Notes: a model not told the origin generated them from the sequence alone. A stretch of 64,000 nt of DNA from Octopus sinensis (GCF_006345805.1 NC_043024.1:13330001-13394000), one strand, 5' to 3'. Positions 41,960-54,872 are shown, counted from the stretch's first letter. Numbers and translations are program-made.

Positions 41960-42495
41960 TTACTTTATATATACACACATATATACATATATACATACAT
42001 ACATATATACATACATACATACATACATATATACATACATACATACATACATACTTACGTACATACATACATACATACGTACATATATACATACATACAT
42101 ACATACATACATACGTACATATATACATACATACATACATACATACATACATACAATAATACATTCATACATACATATATACATACATACATACATACAT
42201 ACATACATACTTACGTACATACATACATACATACTTACATACATACATATATACATACATACATACGTATTTACATATATACATACTTATATACATATAT
42301 ACATACTTACATACATACATTCATACATACATACATGCATATCTACATACATACATACATACATACATACATACATAAATACATACATACATACATACAT
42401 ACTTACATACATACATGCATACATACATACATACATTCATACATATATACATACATATATACATACATACATACATACATACATACATACTTACA
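41960..42495. repeat. (TACA)n array
   Basis: Direct inspection. Confidence 0.95.
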
Positions 42496-42499
42496 TCCA

Positions 42500-42660
42500 T
42501 ATGTGTGTGTGTGTTTGTGATTGCCCTTCCCCCACCACCGCTTGACTACCGTGTTGTTGCGCTTGCATTCCCATCACTTAGCGGTTCGGCAAAATACACC
42601 AATTAAATACGTGATAGGCTTAAAAAATATGCCCTCGGGCTACTTTGCTTGACTAAATCC
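42500..42660 (+). mobile_element. SINE family B 3' half
   Basis: CACTTAGCGGTTCGGCAAAA..TTTGCTTGACTAA. Confidence 0.7.
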
Positions 42661-42884
42661 CCTCGAGACGTTGCCCCAGTTAGCCGCAGTTGGAAACAAA
42701 TGGCAAACTCCTTGGCCACTGTTAGCTCTAAAACATTGCGTTTCGGTATACATTAGAATACTTTGGCGGTTGTTTGGTGAGTTGCATTTGAAAGTACCAG
42801 AAATGAAATCCAAGATTTTGTGTAATGCAGTTGGTGCTGGTACCCGAATTACTCTCTTAATATATTGTTGTACATGTTGTATAG

Positions 42885-43040
42885 GCGCAGGAGTATAGTG
42901 GCTGTTCGTAGGTAACTTGCTTGCCAACCACATAGTTCCGGGTTAAGTATCACGGCATGGTTCCTTGAGCAAGTGTTTTTTACTATAGCCTCCGCCCAAC
43001 CAAATCCTTGTTAGTGGATTTAGTAGACAGAAACCCGTCG
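42885..43040 (+). mobile_element. SINE family B 5' half
   Basis: GGCGCAGGAGT head, CCTTGAGCAAGTGTTTTTACTATAGCC core. Confidence 0.75.
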
Positions 43041-43047
43041 TATATAA

Positions 43048-43100
<53 letters not shown>

Positions 43101-43144
43101 GAATAAAAAATGGAGTCAACGCAGGTTTAAAACAAGTATTTTTT

Positions 43145-43228
43145 CTTTCTACATATGTTTCAAAAATTCCACTGATACTTATTCAAAGAATAAAAGGTAT
43201 AAACAATGCAATCTTCTCTTCGGGAAAG
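43145..43228 (-). ncRNA. Degenerate hammerhead-like motif (U4 changed to C)
   Basis: CUUUC-CCGAAGA-G..long stem II..-GAA-ACAUAUGU-A-GAAAG; 5-bp stem I and palindromic stem III. Confidence 0.45.
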
Positions 43229-43296
43229 TGAAAAAACGAAACTTGTCAATACGACATTTTAGCAAAATACACTCATCTATATATATTATATTATAT

Positions 43297-43376
<80 letters not shown>

Positions 43377-43563
43377 AAGATATATTATATATATATAATA
43401 TATATATTTGTTGAAATGGAAAGATGAATTATCTTGTTACGGATTATTCAAAAGTTTAACCGATACCTGGGTAGCAAAAATCACAGCAGAAAAAACACGG
43501 TTGGGGATATGACCATATGGTGTTGCAACCGTGCGTTGGTGCGTATAATTGAAGTTTAATATA

Positions 43564-43926
43564 ATTAGTGAATGGAAGAAATGGAGTTGAACGAAGATTG
43601 TACAGAATTCCTTTTATTACATTCTACACATGTTTCAAAGGCCACAATTTTCCAAATTCTGATTAAATAAGGATACCATATTGCAGCTTTCTCTTCAGGA
43701 AAAACCAGGAATTACGTTGTCAGAACAATACAAAACAAAAGCGCAGCAAAGCAATTCGAACGAGGACGCTCCTTAAGAGCCCATGGGTAAAATTTTACCC
43801 ATGGGCTGCAATATGGTATCCTTATTTAATCAGAATTTGGAAAATTGTGGCCTTTGAAACATGTGTAGAATGTAATAAAAGAAATTCTGTACAATCTTCG
43901 TTCAACTCCATTTCTTCCATTCACTA

Positions 43927-43928
<2 letters not shown>
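43564..43928. repeat. Fold-back inverted repeat: 124-bp arms, 117-nt spacer
   Basis: 43564-43687 against 43805-43928, 1 mismatch. Confidence 0.95.
43622..43701 (-). ncRNA. Type-I hammerhead-like motif with long stem II
   Basis: UUC-CUGAAGA-G-AAAGCUGCAAU..AUUGUGGCCUUU-GAA-ACAUGUGU-A-GAA; core intact, stem I only 3 bp. Confidence 0.55.
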
Positions 43929-43964
<36 letters not shown>

Positions 43965-44014
43965 ATGTATTTATATATAATATATATATATATATTATTA
44001 ATATATATATATAT

Positions 44015-44045
<31 letters not shown>

Positions 44046-44106
44046 GTATATATATATATATATATAGTATATATATATATATTTATATATATATAATATA
44101 GATATA

Positions 44107-44159
<53 letters not shown>

Positions 44160-44189
<30 letters not shown>

Positions 44190-44370
44190 TGTGTGTGTGT
44201 TTGTGTATCTGTGTTTACGACCCCGTAACTTGGCGGTGCTACAAAAGAGGACGATGGAATAAGAACTATGCTAACAAAGAATAAATCCTGTTGGTGGTGC
44301 CGATTTGCCCGAATAAGGGCTTTTTCCAGCATGGCCGCAGTCTAATAACTGAAACACGTTAAATAAAAAA
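44160..44370 (+). mobile_element. SINE family B 3' half
   Basis: CCCCGTAACTTGGCGG..CCAGCATGGCCGCAGTC..ACTGAAAC. Confidence 0.7.
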
Positions 44371-44852
44371 TAGAAAAAAAATTATAGAAAATTCTTAACC
44401 CGCTCCACACCATTGGCTTTGGCGTCCAATGCCCTTCTGAAGTGTGAATGGTTGGCACCAAAAGAAATTCTTCTATTGCGATCTTACATTCGATAGAAGA
44501 TGCTTAAGAATTTCTTCGAGTTACAAGATATTCAGGATGAAGTTTGAGATATTTCATATTTTTCTTCAAGATTATAAGAAGTGTTTTGCAGCTTTATTGA
44601 GGTGTACCAAAATCTCATTAAGTTTCATTCAAATGTATTATTTCTCTGCTAACCCTGAACGCATTCTCCAAAATATATACCCGTTATTTTTCTGTAAGGT
44701 AATTGCTGTAATTAATTTTTTAAATGCATCGCTCACATCGCTTTTGGGTCTACAGATATCTGTATTCGAGCATGCGTGAATATGAGTGCGTATGCACATA
44801 CAAAACACACATATATTTGTATTTATGTATGTGTGTGCATATATATATTTAC

Positions 44853-44883
<31 letters not shown>

Positions 44884-44910
44884 ACAACGAAAAAACAGAA
44901 CACAGGACAG

Positions 44911-44995
<85 letters not shown>

Positions 44996-45059
44996 CGGAA
45001 GCTTTATGAAAATAAACAAAAGACGAAGGCAGGTGGAAAACAAACGAACAATTGTATTA

Positions 45060-45096
<37 letters not shown>

Positions 45097-46134
45097 AATG
45101 TATGTATGTATCTCTGTGTGTCTGTGAGTGTTTGTGTATGTGTGTGTACATGTATGGTGTGTGTATCATGTTGTAATTTACAGTTTGGGGATTAATATTT
45201 CTAAAGCGATTTATTATTTAAAACCTATTGCCACAGAAGCAAACAATTTTATCGTTTTGTCTTCTTGTCTTCCTTCTCCTTTCCCTTCTTCGCTCTTTTA
45301 TTCTTCTTAACATTATCAATATTATCGCATTCAATTGATAATGATGGTGTTGACGATGTTGATTAAGATAAAGTTAATGGCGGTGCATTGAGGGGATAGA
45401 ATAATGAAAAACAGAATCCTTAGGACTACGTCACCAGATTAAATAGGAAGAGAAATTTTTAAATATTCGCTACAATTTGATAGAATTCCTGATAAGTCGA
45501 TGTTAACTAGAAGATTATGATAAAAAAAAAGGTTCAAGAGAGAAATATGGAACATTAAAAATTACAGCTGAATACCATAAGCACGCAACTCATTCCGCGT
45601 TCTGGCTGGAGATAATAGTTAATGCTCCCTTATTTTACACCTTCTTATAAGGAAATAATTTGCAGAGAAAAAGAGTGAGGGAAAAGATAGATAGATAGAT
45701 AGAGAGAGATGTTCATACGTATGTATTTATATATGTACACACACACACACACACACACAACGCGCACACACACACAAACACACAAATACACACATATATA
45801 TATATGAGAGTGAAGACTATTGAAAAGGTTGCAAGGCGCAACGAAAATTTTAGGAAAATAATAAGAAATAAGTGGAAATTTTATCGGTGTGTGTGTTACA
45901 TTATAGGACACAAAAAAGAGAATGACTCTCCCCGGGCACAACAGAAAATGCTTCAACACACGAATTCATATAAAGAACCTTGCAAACCAAATCCCAAAAC
46001 AACACACACACACACACACGCACATATATATATATATATATCTTTAGTTCAAATTTACAGAAAACAAAAGCCGAGACAGCTGAAGGAATAATAAGCAGGT
46101 ATACTTATTTGACGCTCGGGGGGAGTGGAAATGT

Positions 46135-46170
46135 CTTTAACGTTTCGAGCCTACGTTCTTCAGCAGAAAG
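46135..46170 (-). ncRNA. Hammerhead-like motif with variant core (CUGCUGAA)
   Basis: CUUU-CUGCUGAA-GAAC(GUAG)GCUC-GAA-ACGU-U-AAAG. Confidence 0.4.
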
Positions 46171-46586
46171 GAATGAGAGATGAGAAAAAAGGAAAGAGAA
46201 CGAAAAGAGACAGAGAGAGAAAAGAATGTATAGGATTTAACAGTTGAACAAGATGGAATGGCGTCTATACCAAGTAGATTTTCTTTATTTCTGATCCTTC
46301 ATGATATCCGGCTTTCCTTTCATCTGACCACATCTGAGAGGACTTAGCAGGTTCTGCAAATGATCATACCCCTTCTTAGCTGTCTTGATTTATAGTTCCC
46401 GCATATTTCCTAGTGTAGGTACAACGTTGCCTTATATCAACAGACGTCTGGGTTTCGTTTCTTTAGTTGTGGTTGATAACATAGTACGTGTTCAATGTAT
46501 GTTGAATGCTTTCGATGACAGTTTGTGACGTCCAATGTAAAACATGAAGAATATACATTGAACAAACTTTCAGATTTTATCAGATA

Positions 46587-46980
46587 ACTAGCAGTATCGC
46601 CCGGCGTTCCTCGGGTTTGTTTCGACCTTTTATAATTGGAATTTTTGAAAAATACTTATTTTGCATTATGTAGCTTGTTATTCTCTTTAAGTGAACATTT
46701 TTCTGGTTGAAATACACCGAAAAATGCCGACACAGTAGTCAATAAATCGTAAAAAACGGATTTTCATAGAAAAAAGAGCATCTTTTTAAAGTAAATAATT
46801 TTTGGTGTTAACATGATCCGATTTGAATTTCTTCTTCTACGGAAGGAAGAGCAAGCCTTCTTCTATCATATTCTCAATTTTGGTCAACTTGAGCCGCAGG
46901 GTCTCGGAGGAGATAGTGTTAGTTGAAGCCTACCGAACCTGCCATACACAGACAACTTCAGCTTTATATGTATATATACA
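46587..46980 (+). mobile_element. Non-autonomous Helitron/Helentron-type (DINE-1/HINE-like) element
   Basis: Starts ACTAGCAGTATCGCCCGGCGTTCCTCGGG (ACTAG plus a short subterminal hairpin) and ends ACAGACAACTTCAGCTTTATATGTATAT, typical termini of these elements. Confidence 0.65.
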
Positions 46981-47190
46981 GATAAGCATACGGCGTAAAC
47001 GTCCTATGTGTGCTTCTAAGAATATAATGAAAATAAATGCGTTCCGTTATTCAACTGAAAATTGCGTAGGATGTTGGCGATGCCTAGCAGGGCCATTTTC
47101 CGATCTGTGTGCTGTCAGCCCAGATATGACTTCTATAATTTTATTAATCTTCTTCGCTACAACGCATGCTCCTTCTTTTGTTATTTGCAG

Positions 47191-47307
47191 GGATTTTATT
47201 TTTATGCGCCGTATGTTGCATATTTTATTCTAAACATCCATGTTCTGCCATCGGCATTTCACCGTCTTCTGGGCAATGTTTTGGCCGAAACGAAGAAATA
47301 TTTGTCA
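47191..47307 (+). CDS. Candidate exon encoding a PAN/apple-like Cys motif
   Basis: Acceptor CTCCTTCTTTTGTTATTTGCAG, donor CA|GTAAAG, 117 nt, symmetric phase 1-1; ILFLCAVCCIFYSKHPCSAIGISPSSGQCFGRNEEIFV fits C-x3-C-x7-C-x-A-hydrophobic-x-hydrophobic-x6-C. Confidence 0.4.
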
Positions 47308-47390
47308 GTAAAGTTTATATATATGTATATATGTGTTACATATATATATATATGTATATAGATATATGTGTCTCAGGAACGTATGGATAC

Positions 47391-47438
<48 letters not shown>

Positions 47439-47722
47439 ATGCGTGTGTTTTAGGAACGTATGCATGTATGTATATATATATATTTAACTATATGCATATG
47501 TATGCATATATGTATATATATATGTATACATAATATACATATGAGTATGTGTGTGTGTATATATATATATTACATATATATATATATGTGTATATATAAA
47601 TACATATATACACATATATATATACATACATATAAATATATATATATATAAATACGTATATATACATATATATATACATATACTTATATATATATGTTAT
47701 ATTATATATATATATATATATA

Positions 47723-47760
<38 letters not shown>

Positions 47761-48849
47761 CACACATATATATATACATATATCATGATATATCTTAAAC
47801 AATATATCAGCTACCTGCACCACCAGCGCAATCGTCAGCTCCGGGTGCACCGCGGCCTACTCCACCATCAAGCAATCTCTTCCATTACCTTCGCAATCAT
47901 GTTCAACACTAACTCTGCAACCACCGACTCCTGTGTCTTTACCAAAATTCACCGCCATATATGATTATAAATGATACTTCCTGCAGGCACTCCTCGAGGG
48001 TGGCCACGTCGAAAATAGAAAGTGGAAAGAAAAAAAATGCTGTATGAAAAACTAAAAATAGTTTTTCATTAATTATTTTTTTCACTTTTGCTTTACCAAT
48101 CCGGAGTAAGAAATTAAGAATCTAAGATTTGAAGACTCAGAAATACAGAAAAAAAGAAATTCTAAATTATTTTTTCTTGTCTTTCTCATGTCGAGAAAAA
48201 AAAATGCGATTACGTCGATCTGTGAATGGTTTGGGTGCCATCTTTACCTTCATTGTCATTTTCGCACAGATCTTCTGTGAGAGTCGCTCTCAGTACTTCA
48301 GCTTATAAATTCACACACACGCAGACACACACACACAGGCACACACACACATACACACGCATATGTATGTATATATATATATATTTATATATATATAAGT
48401 GTATATTTATATTATATATATATATAATAATATAATATTATATATATACATACATACATACATATGTATATATATATATGCATATATATATATGTATATA
48501 AATATGTATATATATGCATATATATATATGTATACATATATGTAAAGTATATATGTATATATATATATATATGTATATGGTATATATATATAATATATAT
48601 ATATTATATATATATATACAGACACACACACGGAGTATTTTTTGTTGATGTTACCTTCATAGAACAGTATACATATGTATGTATGTATGTATATATACAT
48701 ATATATATATATATGTATGTGTGTGTGTATGTATGTATGTATGTGTATATATATATAAATAAGAAAGATACATGTATGTGTGTATGTAATGATATATGCA
48801 TGCATGTAAAGACAAACATATATGTAAATACACACACACTCACAGACAC

Positions 48850-48895
<46 letters not shown>

Positions 48896-49476
48896 TATAT
48901 ATACATATATATAGATGTGTGTGCACATATATTTATGTGGTTGTTTTCTATGTATTTATAGGGAAATTAGCATTGGATCCAAAACTGCCAAATAAGAATG
49001 TGATTAGGATTCTTGGATTTAGGCATGATCATAGATTTATGCGTCGGCACATGGACACCGGCACCGTCACACACAATCATATGTATACACACATACATAC
49101 ATACGTGTACACACACACACATAAACATATGTTCCGACCTCTGTGCGCATGTATGTCTTTGTGTGTTTCTTTGTATGTCTTATGATTCGTTCCTAGGAGA
49201 ATGGTAAAAAAAAATATTGTTTCGGGCTGCACAAGAAAAACCTAATCCTAAAAATACATTGGAACCAGACGAATAAAATATAAATGGCGCAGGAATCTGT
49301 AATTACACGCCAGTAATAATATTCCCCGAAAAAGACGGTTTTTCGTATAACATACCCATTTATATTCTTTGAACTCAAAAACAAACTCTCAGAATAAGTA
49401 TACACTCTCTGTATTGATGCGTGTATGTGTGACTTGATAAATTATGTTCTCCCATATAGATATATATATATGTTTA

Positions 49477-49507
<31 letters not shown>

Positions 49508-49765
49508 TATATATATATGTACACATATCATACATATGTATATGTATATATATTGTGTATATATATATGAATAAATGTGTTTATATATATATAGATGTAC
49601 AAATATACATACATATATATATATATATGTACACGATAGCCTTCAATACACTCGAAGCAAGTTGTTTTTGGAACTCAGTATCTACACACTGTTATTATTT
49701 CTATGTACTTCGGATTTCGGCCTTTCCGCAAAATAATCATATATGTATATATGTATATATGTGTA

Positions 49766-49842
<77 letters not shown>

Positions 49843-49954
49843 CTTTTAGATAAATATAATACTTTTGACAGTCTGTGGTTAAAAACATCTTAAGTAAGCT
49901 AGATAAAAACAGGACCTTATAACTTCTTTATATCTCGGATAAACTCTCAACTTT

Positions 49955-49998
49955 ATTACAACTGTCAGTTTCACCGAATCTTTGGATCCTCAGATAAT
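49955..49998 (-). ncRNA. Hammerhead-like motif with damaged stem II
   Basis: AUUAU-CUGAGGA-UCCAAAGAUUCGGU-GAA-ACUGACAGU-U-GUAAU. Confidence 0.45.
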
Positions 49999-50139
49999 GA
50001 GATTAGCCTACCTTTCTTTCACGTCTGATTAGCTGTTTGTGAGAGTTTGTGTGTTTCTCGCTTCATACAGTGTAATTACATACATACATATATGTGTGTG
50101 TATGAGAGAGAGTTTTGGGATATCTCGAAGCACGCTTAC

Positions 50140-50286
50140 AAATCTATAAATAAATGTTTGGAAATATTGGCTGGAAAAATGTTTTGTGTAGGAAAAATCT
50201 GAAGCTGTGTTTGGTACACGAATCTTATCTACTGTAAGTATTGCAGGGGTCCTACCATTGGATCCAAGAAATCCTGCGAATTCCAT
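50140..50286 (-). CDS. Candidate coding exon, product unknown
   Basis: ACAATGG start context, MEFAGFLGSNGRTPAILTVDKIRVPNTASDFSYTKHFSSQYFQTFIYRF, donor TTT|GTAAGC; the other two frames are closed. Confidence 0.25.
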
Positions 50287-51306
50287 TGTCCTTTTAAGAT
50301 CTTTTGTTGTAATCGCCCAGAAATTTTTGCTCTTGTCGTCATACAAATTTTATAAATTCTCGTAAGAACGGAAATATTTCCTTTTAGGAATACCTCGTCG
50401 CGTGTATATAATACTTTAAATGGTAGCATGTAAATATTGCGTCGAGAAACTCTTTGAGATTGAAAAAGATGCAAACGCTGGGCGTGGAGGACGTATTTTC
50501 CTTTCAAATGGACGTAGCAGGCATTCTATCATTTGATCAAAATAATCCTTTATGTAAAACTGGTAGACTGTCGGTTACGATGACGAGTGATTGATTTGGC
50601 CTGATGAATAGAACAACTTGGCCAGGAAGTTAAAGAGAAAATGGCTGAACATGCAACAGACAATTTTGCACCATTAACGCATTCTAGGAAAGATTCAACG
50701 TGATGAGCCTGGAATTTTGAATTGCCTGTATAACTCATTTTCTTCAGTTGAATGGGAATCGAACTCACGAACGTACGATCTGCAACCGAATATCCTAACC
50801 ATTTCACCACACGCCATCACAGTGTGGGAACCTTTGCTCTTTCTTTCTCTTCTTCAACACTACCATGCCTCAAGCTAACTACAAAACTCTCATACACACA
50901 CACACACACACACACATACATATATAGGAATTTTTGCGTAATGAGATAAAAAAAATCAAGGCTGTGTAGATGTTATAACATTTATAGGTAGAAGGTAGAA
51001 GCTGTTTCTAGGATATTTATTAATTATATCCCTTCATTGGAGACGGTGTGAGAGGATGGTTAAGTAATAGTTACTTTATATAGGGTACAAAATAGAGAGT
51101 GAGGTGGAGGAAAGAAAATAGATGTTAATATATGTAGGGAGGTATAGTAGTGTTGAAGAAGAGAAAGAAAGGGAAAGATTTCTCACACTGTGGAAAGTTT
51201 CCCAAACCCTCTATATTTTATGAGCAAAGGTACATCCTCAGAGGAAAAACGGTCGGGAAAATGTTTACTTATAGATATTCCGTTAACCAATTCAAATTTC
51301 TCAGCA

Positions 51307-51463
51307 TTATGTTAGCGGTCGCAGTCGCTGTCCAAGTGTTGGTGTAATCAACTCTCCACGTGTTGGTATAGACAAACATCTAACTCTCGTTGTAGGCAGC
51401 TCACTATTTGTTGGTTGAACTGTCGGGTTTTCAGGTGTAGGTCTTTGTGTTAAATCAGCGTAA
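51307..51463 (-). CDS. Candidate cytoplasmic-tail exon with YADL motif
   Basis: Acceptor CACTTTTTCTCTGTTAG; phase-2 frame YADLTQRPTPENPTVQPTN; donor A|GTGAGC at 51404, or stop at 51307. Confidence 0.25.
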
Positions 51464-52387
51464 CTAACAGAGAAAAAGTGCAAAGATGCCTACCTTAAAA
51501 TGCCCGCAAATTCTGGATAAATCCTCCAATACACTTTAACTCTCAGTTCCACCGTATCTTCTGGTCATCAGATAATGAGATCAATCTACCTTTATTCTGT
51601 TGATGATAAGATAACAATGGACGAAAATGTATATTTTTAAACAAAGCCTTCAATTACGCACGGTGTGTTATTATTTGCCTCTCTGTGTATAGAACGTAAA
51701 TATTTTCAGTTTAAGCAGCTCAACACAAGTGCTTATATATACCTTATTTCCACTCTTTTCAATGTACTCTAAAACACGATTTAATTCTAAACAAATTTAT
51801 AAAAAGTAATTATTTAAACTCGTGCAATACATCAACGAAAACTAATATCTCTAAGACACTTATTAATGGGAATTCAAATAAATATCGGATATATATATCA
51901 GATTCTCTTTAAGTAAATATATATTTACATATATATTAATATAAATTGATATAAATATACTTCATATTATATGACATTTATATTTATATTAATATATTTG
52001 ATAAATATTTCTATATGAATTAATAAAAATGGAAGTTCACAATTTTGAAAATTTCACACCATTTACAACGATAACGCATACTTGTTTATAATTGATATTA
52101 GATTTATGATTGGAAATCCAAAGTCAAATAGATATATTGCACTTTTATTGGATAACTTTATACTCACCCTCTTAACTGACGGAGATTCATTTGGTTTTTA
52201 GATAATGGATCAACCGACGGTTTCAACAATGACTATTTATTTTTCTGATTTACCGAACATCTAATACTTGTGATTAACCGGTTAAACATCCGAGTCGATC
52301 ACAGTACTCGTGTACACTGAACGTACGTTATTTACAGGGATAACCTCTGCCGAGAAAAAGGGTTAAATATTTTTATTATTATTACAG

Positions 52388-52681
52388 ATATAATATATTC
52401 ATCGGTTTCCAGATTCTGTCTGGTCAAATTTCAACGGCATGTCTTTGGCCAATAGAAAGGGTCAAAGGAACGCTGTCCAAATTGCAAATTCTCAAACCCG
52501 ATTTCGAATTGAACGCGAAGCATTATGACTGTGTAATGAATTTCAATGTCGTTCGGTTAAACTGCATCGAAGATTTTACGCACACACAAACGATGACATT
52601 CTGTCTTAATTTGGATTCGTTCTTAGCAATGAAGAAATCAATATCACATATCGATAACGAAATATTTATCAATATATCAGG
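52388..52681 (+). CDS. Candidate exon, divergent C-type-lectin-like domain
   Basis: Acceptor TTTTTATTATTATTACAG, donor AGG|GTAAAC, 294 nt, symmetric phase 2-2, fully open: YNIFIGFQILSGQISTACLWPIERVKG..KP..HYDCVMNFNVVRLNCIE..TFCL..; FIGF, LWP, DCV and FC resemble the WIGL, W, eCv and fiC positions of CTLDs. Confidence 0.5.
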
Positions 52682-53095
52682 GTAAACCTTTCAGTAATTT
52701 CAATTATAAATTCATATTTGTATTGTGTCTTGCGGTGAGTGACTTTCATCTGTTTATCTCCTCTCAGTCAATTATTTATCTATATTCATATCGAGAGGGT
52801 GAATACACGCGAGAGGGAAAAATACTTATTTAGGGTGTAGTAAGTAGTTACCTTGCCAACTGCATGGTCTTGCATTCAGTCGAACTGTGAGGCACCTAGG
52901 TCACGTGTCTCTTTTTCTGTAGCCACGAGACGACCGAAAATTTGCGATTGGATTTGGTAGGCGAAAATTGAAAGTAGCACGTCTGATATATATGTATATC
53001 TATAGGGAGAGTTTACGAAAAAAAGAAAAGACGAAGACAGGTGGTGTACAAAACAAACAGATGTATTAGTATAACGCTCAGGAATAGAAAAAAGT

Positions 53096-53130
53096 CTTTT
53101 ACGTTCGAGCCTACACTCTTCTACAGAAAG
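53096..53130 (-). ncRNA. Degenerate hammerhead-like motif, same family as 46135
   Basis: CUUU-CUGUAGAA-GAGU(GUAG)GCUC-GA-ACGU-A-AAAG; one A of GAAA lost. Confidence 0.3.
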
Positions 53131-53382
53131 GGACACAGAAAAAAACAAGGAGAGAAACAAGGAGAGAAGAAAATGTGTGTTGAGGCTAGTAGTCTAGCGG
53201 GCTTCAGAAATTCCTGTTGTCCATTTCGTCAGCTAAACACCTTAGAGCAGAGCTCCTGTATGGCCGCAGCAGAATGTCAGAAACAAGTACATCATAAAAT
53301 TTTAAAAAAATGAAATATATATTCATATATGCAAACATACAAGTTACATACCTACATTCGTACACACACACCACACACACAC

Positions 53383-53461
<79 letters not shown>

Positions 53462-53536
53462 CATATACATATACATATACACATATATATATTTATATAT
53501 ATACATATGGTATATATAAACATATGTATATACACA

Positions 53537-53585
<49 letters not shown>

Positions 53586-53769
53586 GTATAAATATATATA
53601 TGTATATATGTGTGTATGTATATGTTACAAAACTGCCTGCGGAACGGGAACGTGAAACTCTGAGTAACAGTTTTTGTGATATTCCTGCTGCGCTTATTAA
53701 AGCTGCTTTTAATATGTATGTATGTATGTATGTATGTATGTTGTATGTATGTATGTATGTATGTTATGC

Positions 53770-53823
<54 letters not shown>

Positions 53824-54399
53824 ATATATATACATATAACAGCAAGAACTTTAACACACTCACACAGACACAAGAATAGAAGGTTGAATAGTCAAACGTC
53901 ACGAAGAATTCAAGAATTATTTGATAAGATCTTTTCTCCTTCATCATTATCTCTGAGGTGATAGACGGAAGGTAAGATTAATCTTTAATGTGAGGGATCC
54001 GATGTGACGGCAAAACTGACAGTTGTAATACACACGGTGGATAATCCACCGTTTAATTAATGTTATCTGTCTGTCTATCTATCTTTCTATTACTTGTCTA
54101 TATTGCTTTGTATCTGGCTATCTGTATTCACCGCACTCATACATACAAATATATACACACAATCACACACACACATACACATGCACACACACACACACAC
54201 ACACACTATTTCTTTATTACACACCACACACACATGGACGCACCTGTATTTTTTCTTCGTAGGTGAAGACGTTGCATAGTTGAGTCGCTCGTTCTGTAAC
54301 GATAAAGCCTCAGGTTCTTTCCCAAAGCTCGGTATCTTTGGCATTTGGCTTCTCCTACAGCCCTAGCCGGTCCTTCATTTTGTGAGGAAATTTGGTTGA

Positions 54400-54680
54400 C
54401 GAGTGTCCCACGTGAATAGCCTGCCCGTAAAATTAACATGCATGCGGCTGAGTATTCCACAGACAACGAGTATCCTTTACGTAGTTCTCAGGGAAATTCA
54501 GCGTGACACAGAATATGTGAGAAAGATGGTATTTTGAATTACACTCACAACTGATTTTTGCCAACTGAATGAACTGGGGAAAGATGAAATAAAATGTTTT
54601 ACCCAGGGACACAACGTGTCGCGATTATCGAACTCACGACCTTTAAATTTTGAGCCAAATATCCTAACTACTTAACAGCG
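54400..54680 (-). mobile_element. SINE related to family C (shared head and CORE-like part, different tail)
   Basis: TTTTTGCCAACTGAATGAACTGG..CCCAGGGACACAAC..TCGAACTCACGACC; tail CGTAGTTCTCAGGGAAATTCAGCGTGACACAG. Confidence 0.65.
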
Positions 54681-54872
54681 CATCTACACCGCCTCCAATT
54701 CAAGAAAAAGTGAACAATACATTTACTTCTTTCTCGATAAATATTATTTTCTTAAAACACTTAATTTATAATTGATTTTATTTCCGACAAAAATAGCAGA
54801 ATCTTGTCTATTAATGGCGTATATATGTTATATAAGATACATTAATTCAATACTGCTTCATATACATACCAG

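Noticed and set aside
44444-44779. 111-aa ORF with an AAG|GTAATT donor
   Set aside because: No recognisable motif, and its phase does not fit the next candidate exon.
47166-47220. Signal peptide MLLLLLFAGILFLC
   Set aside because: The hydrophobic run is the translation of a polypyrimidine tract and the start context is weak; an acceptor site is the simpler reading, though not proven.
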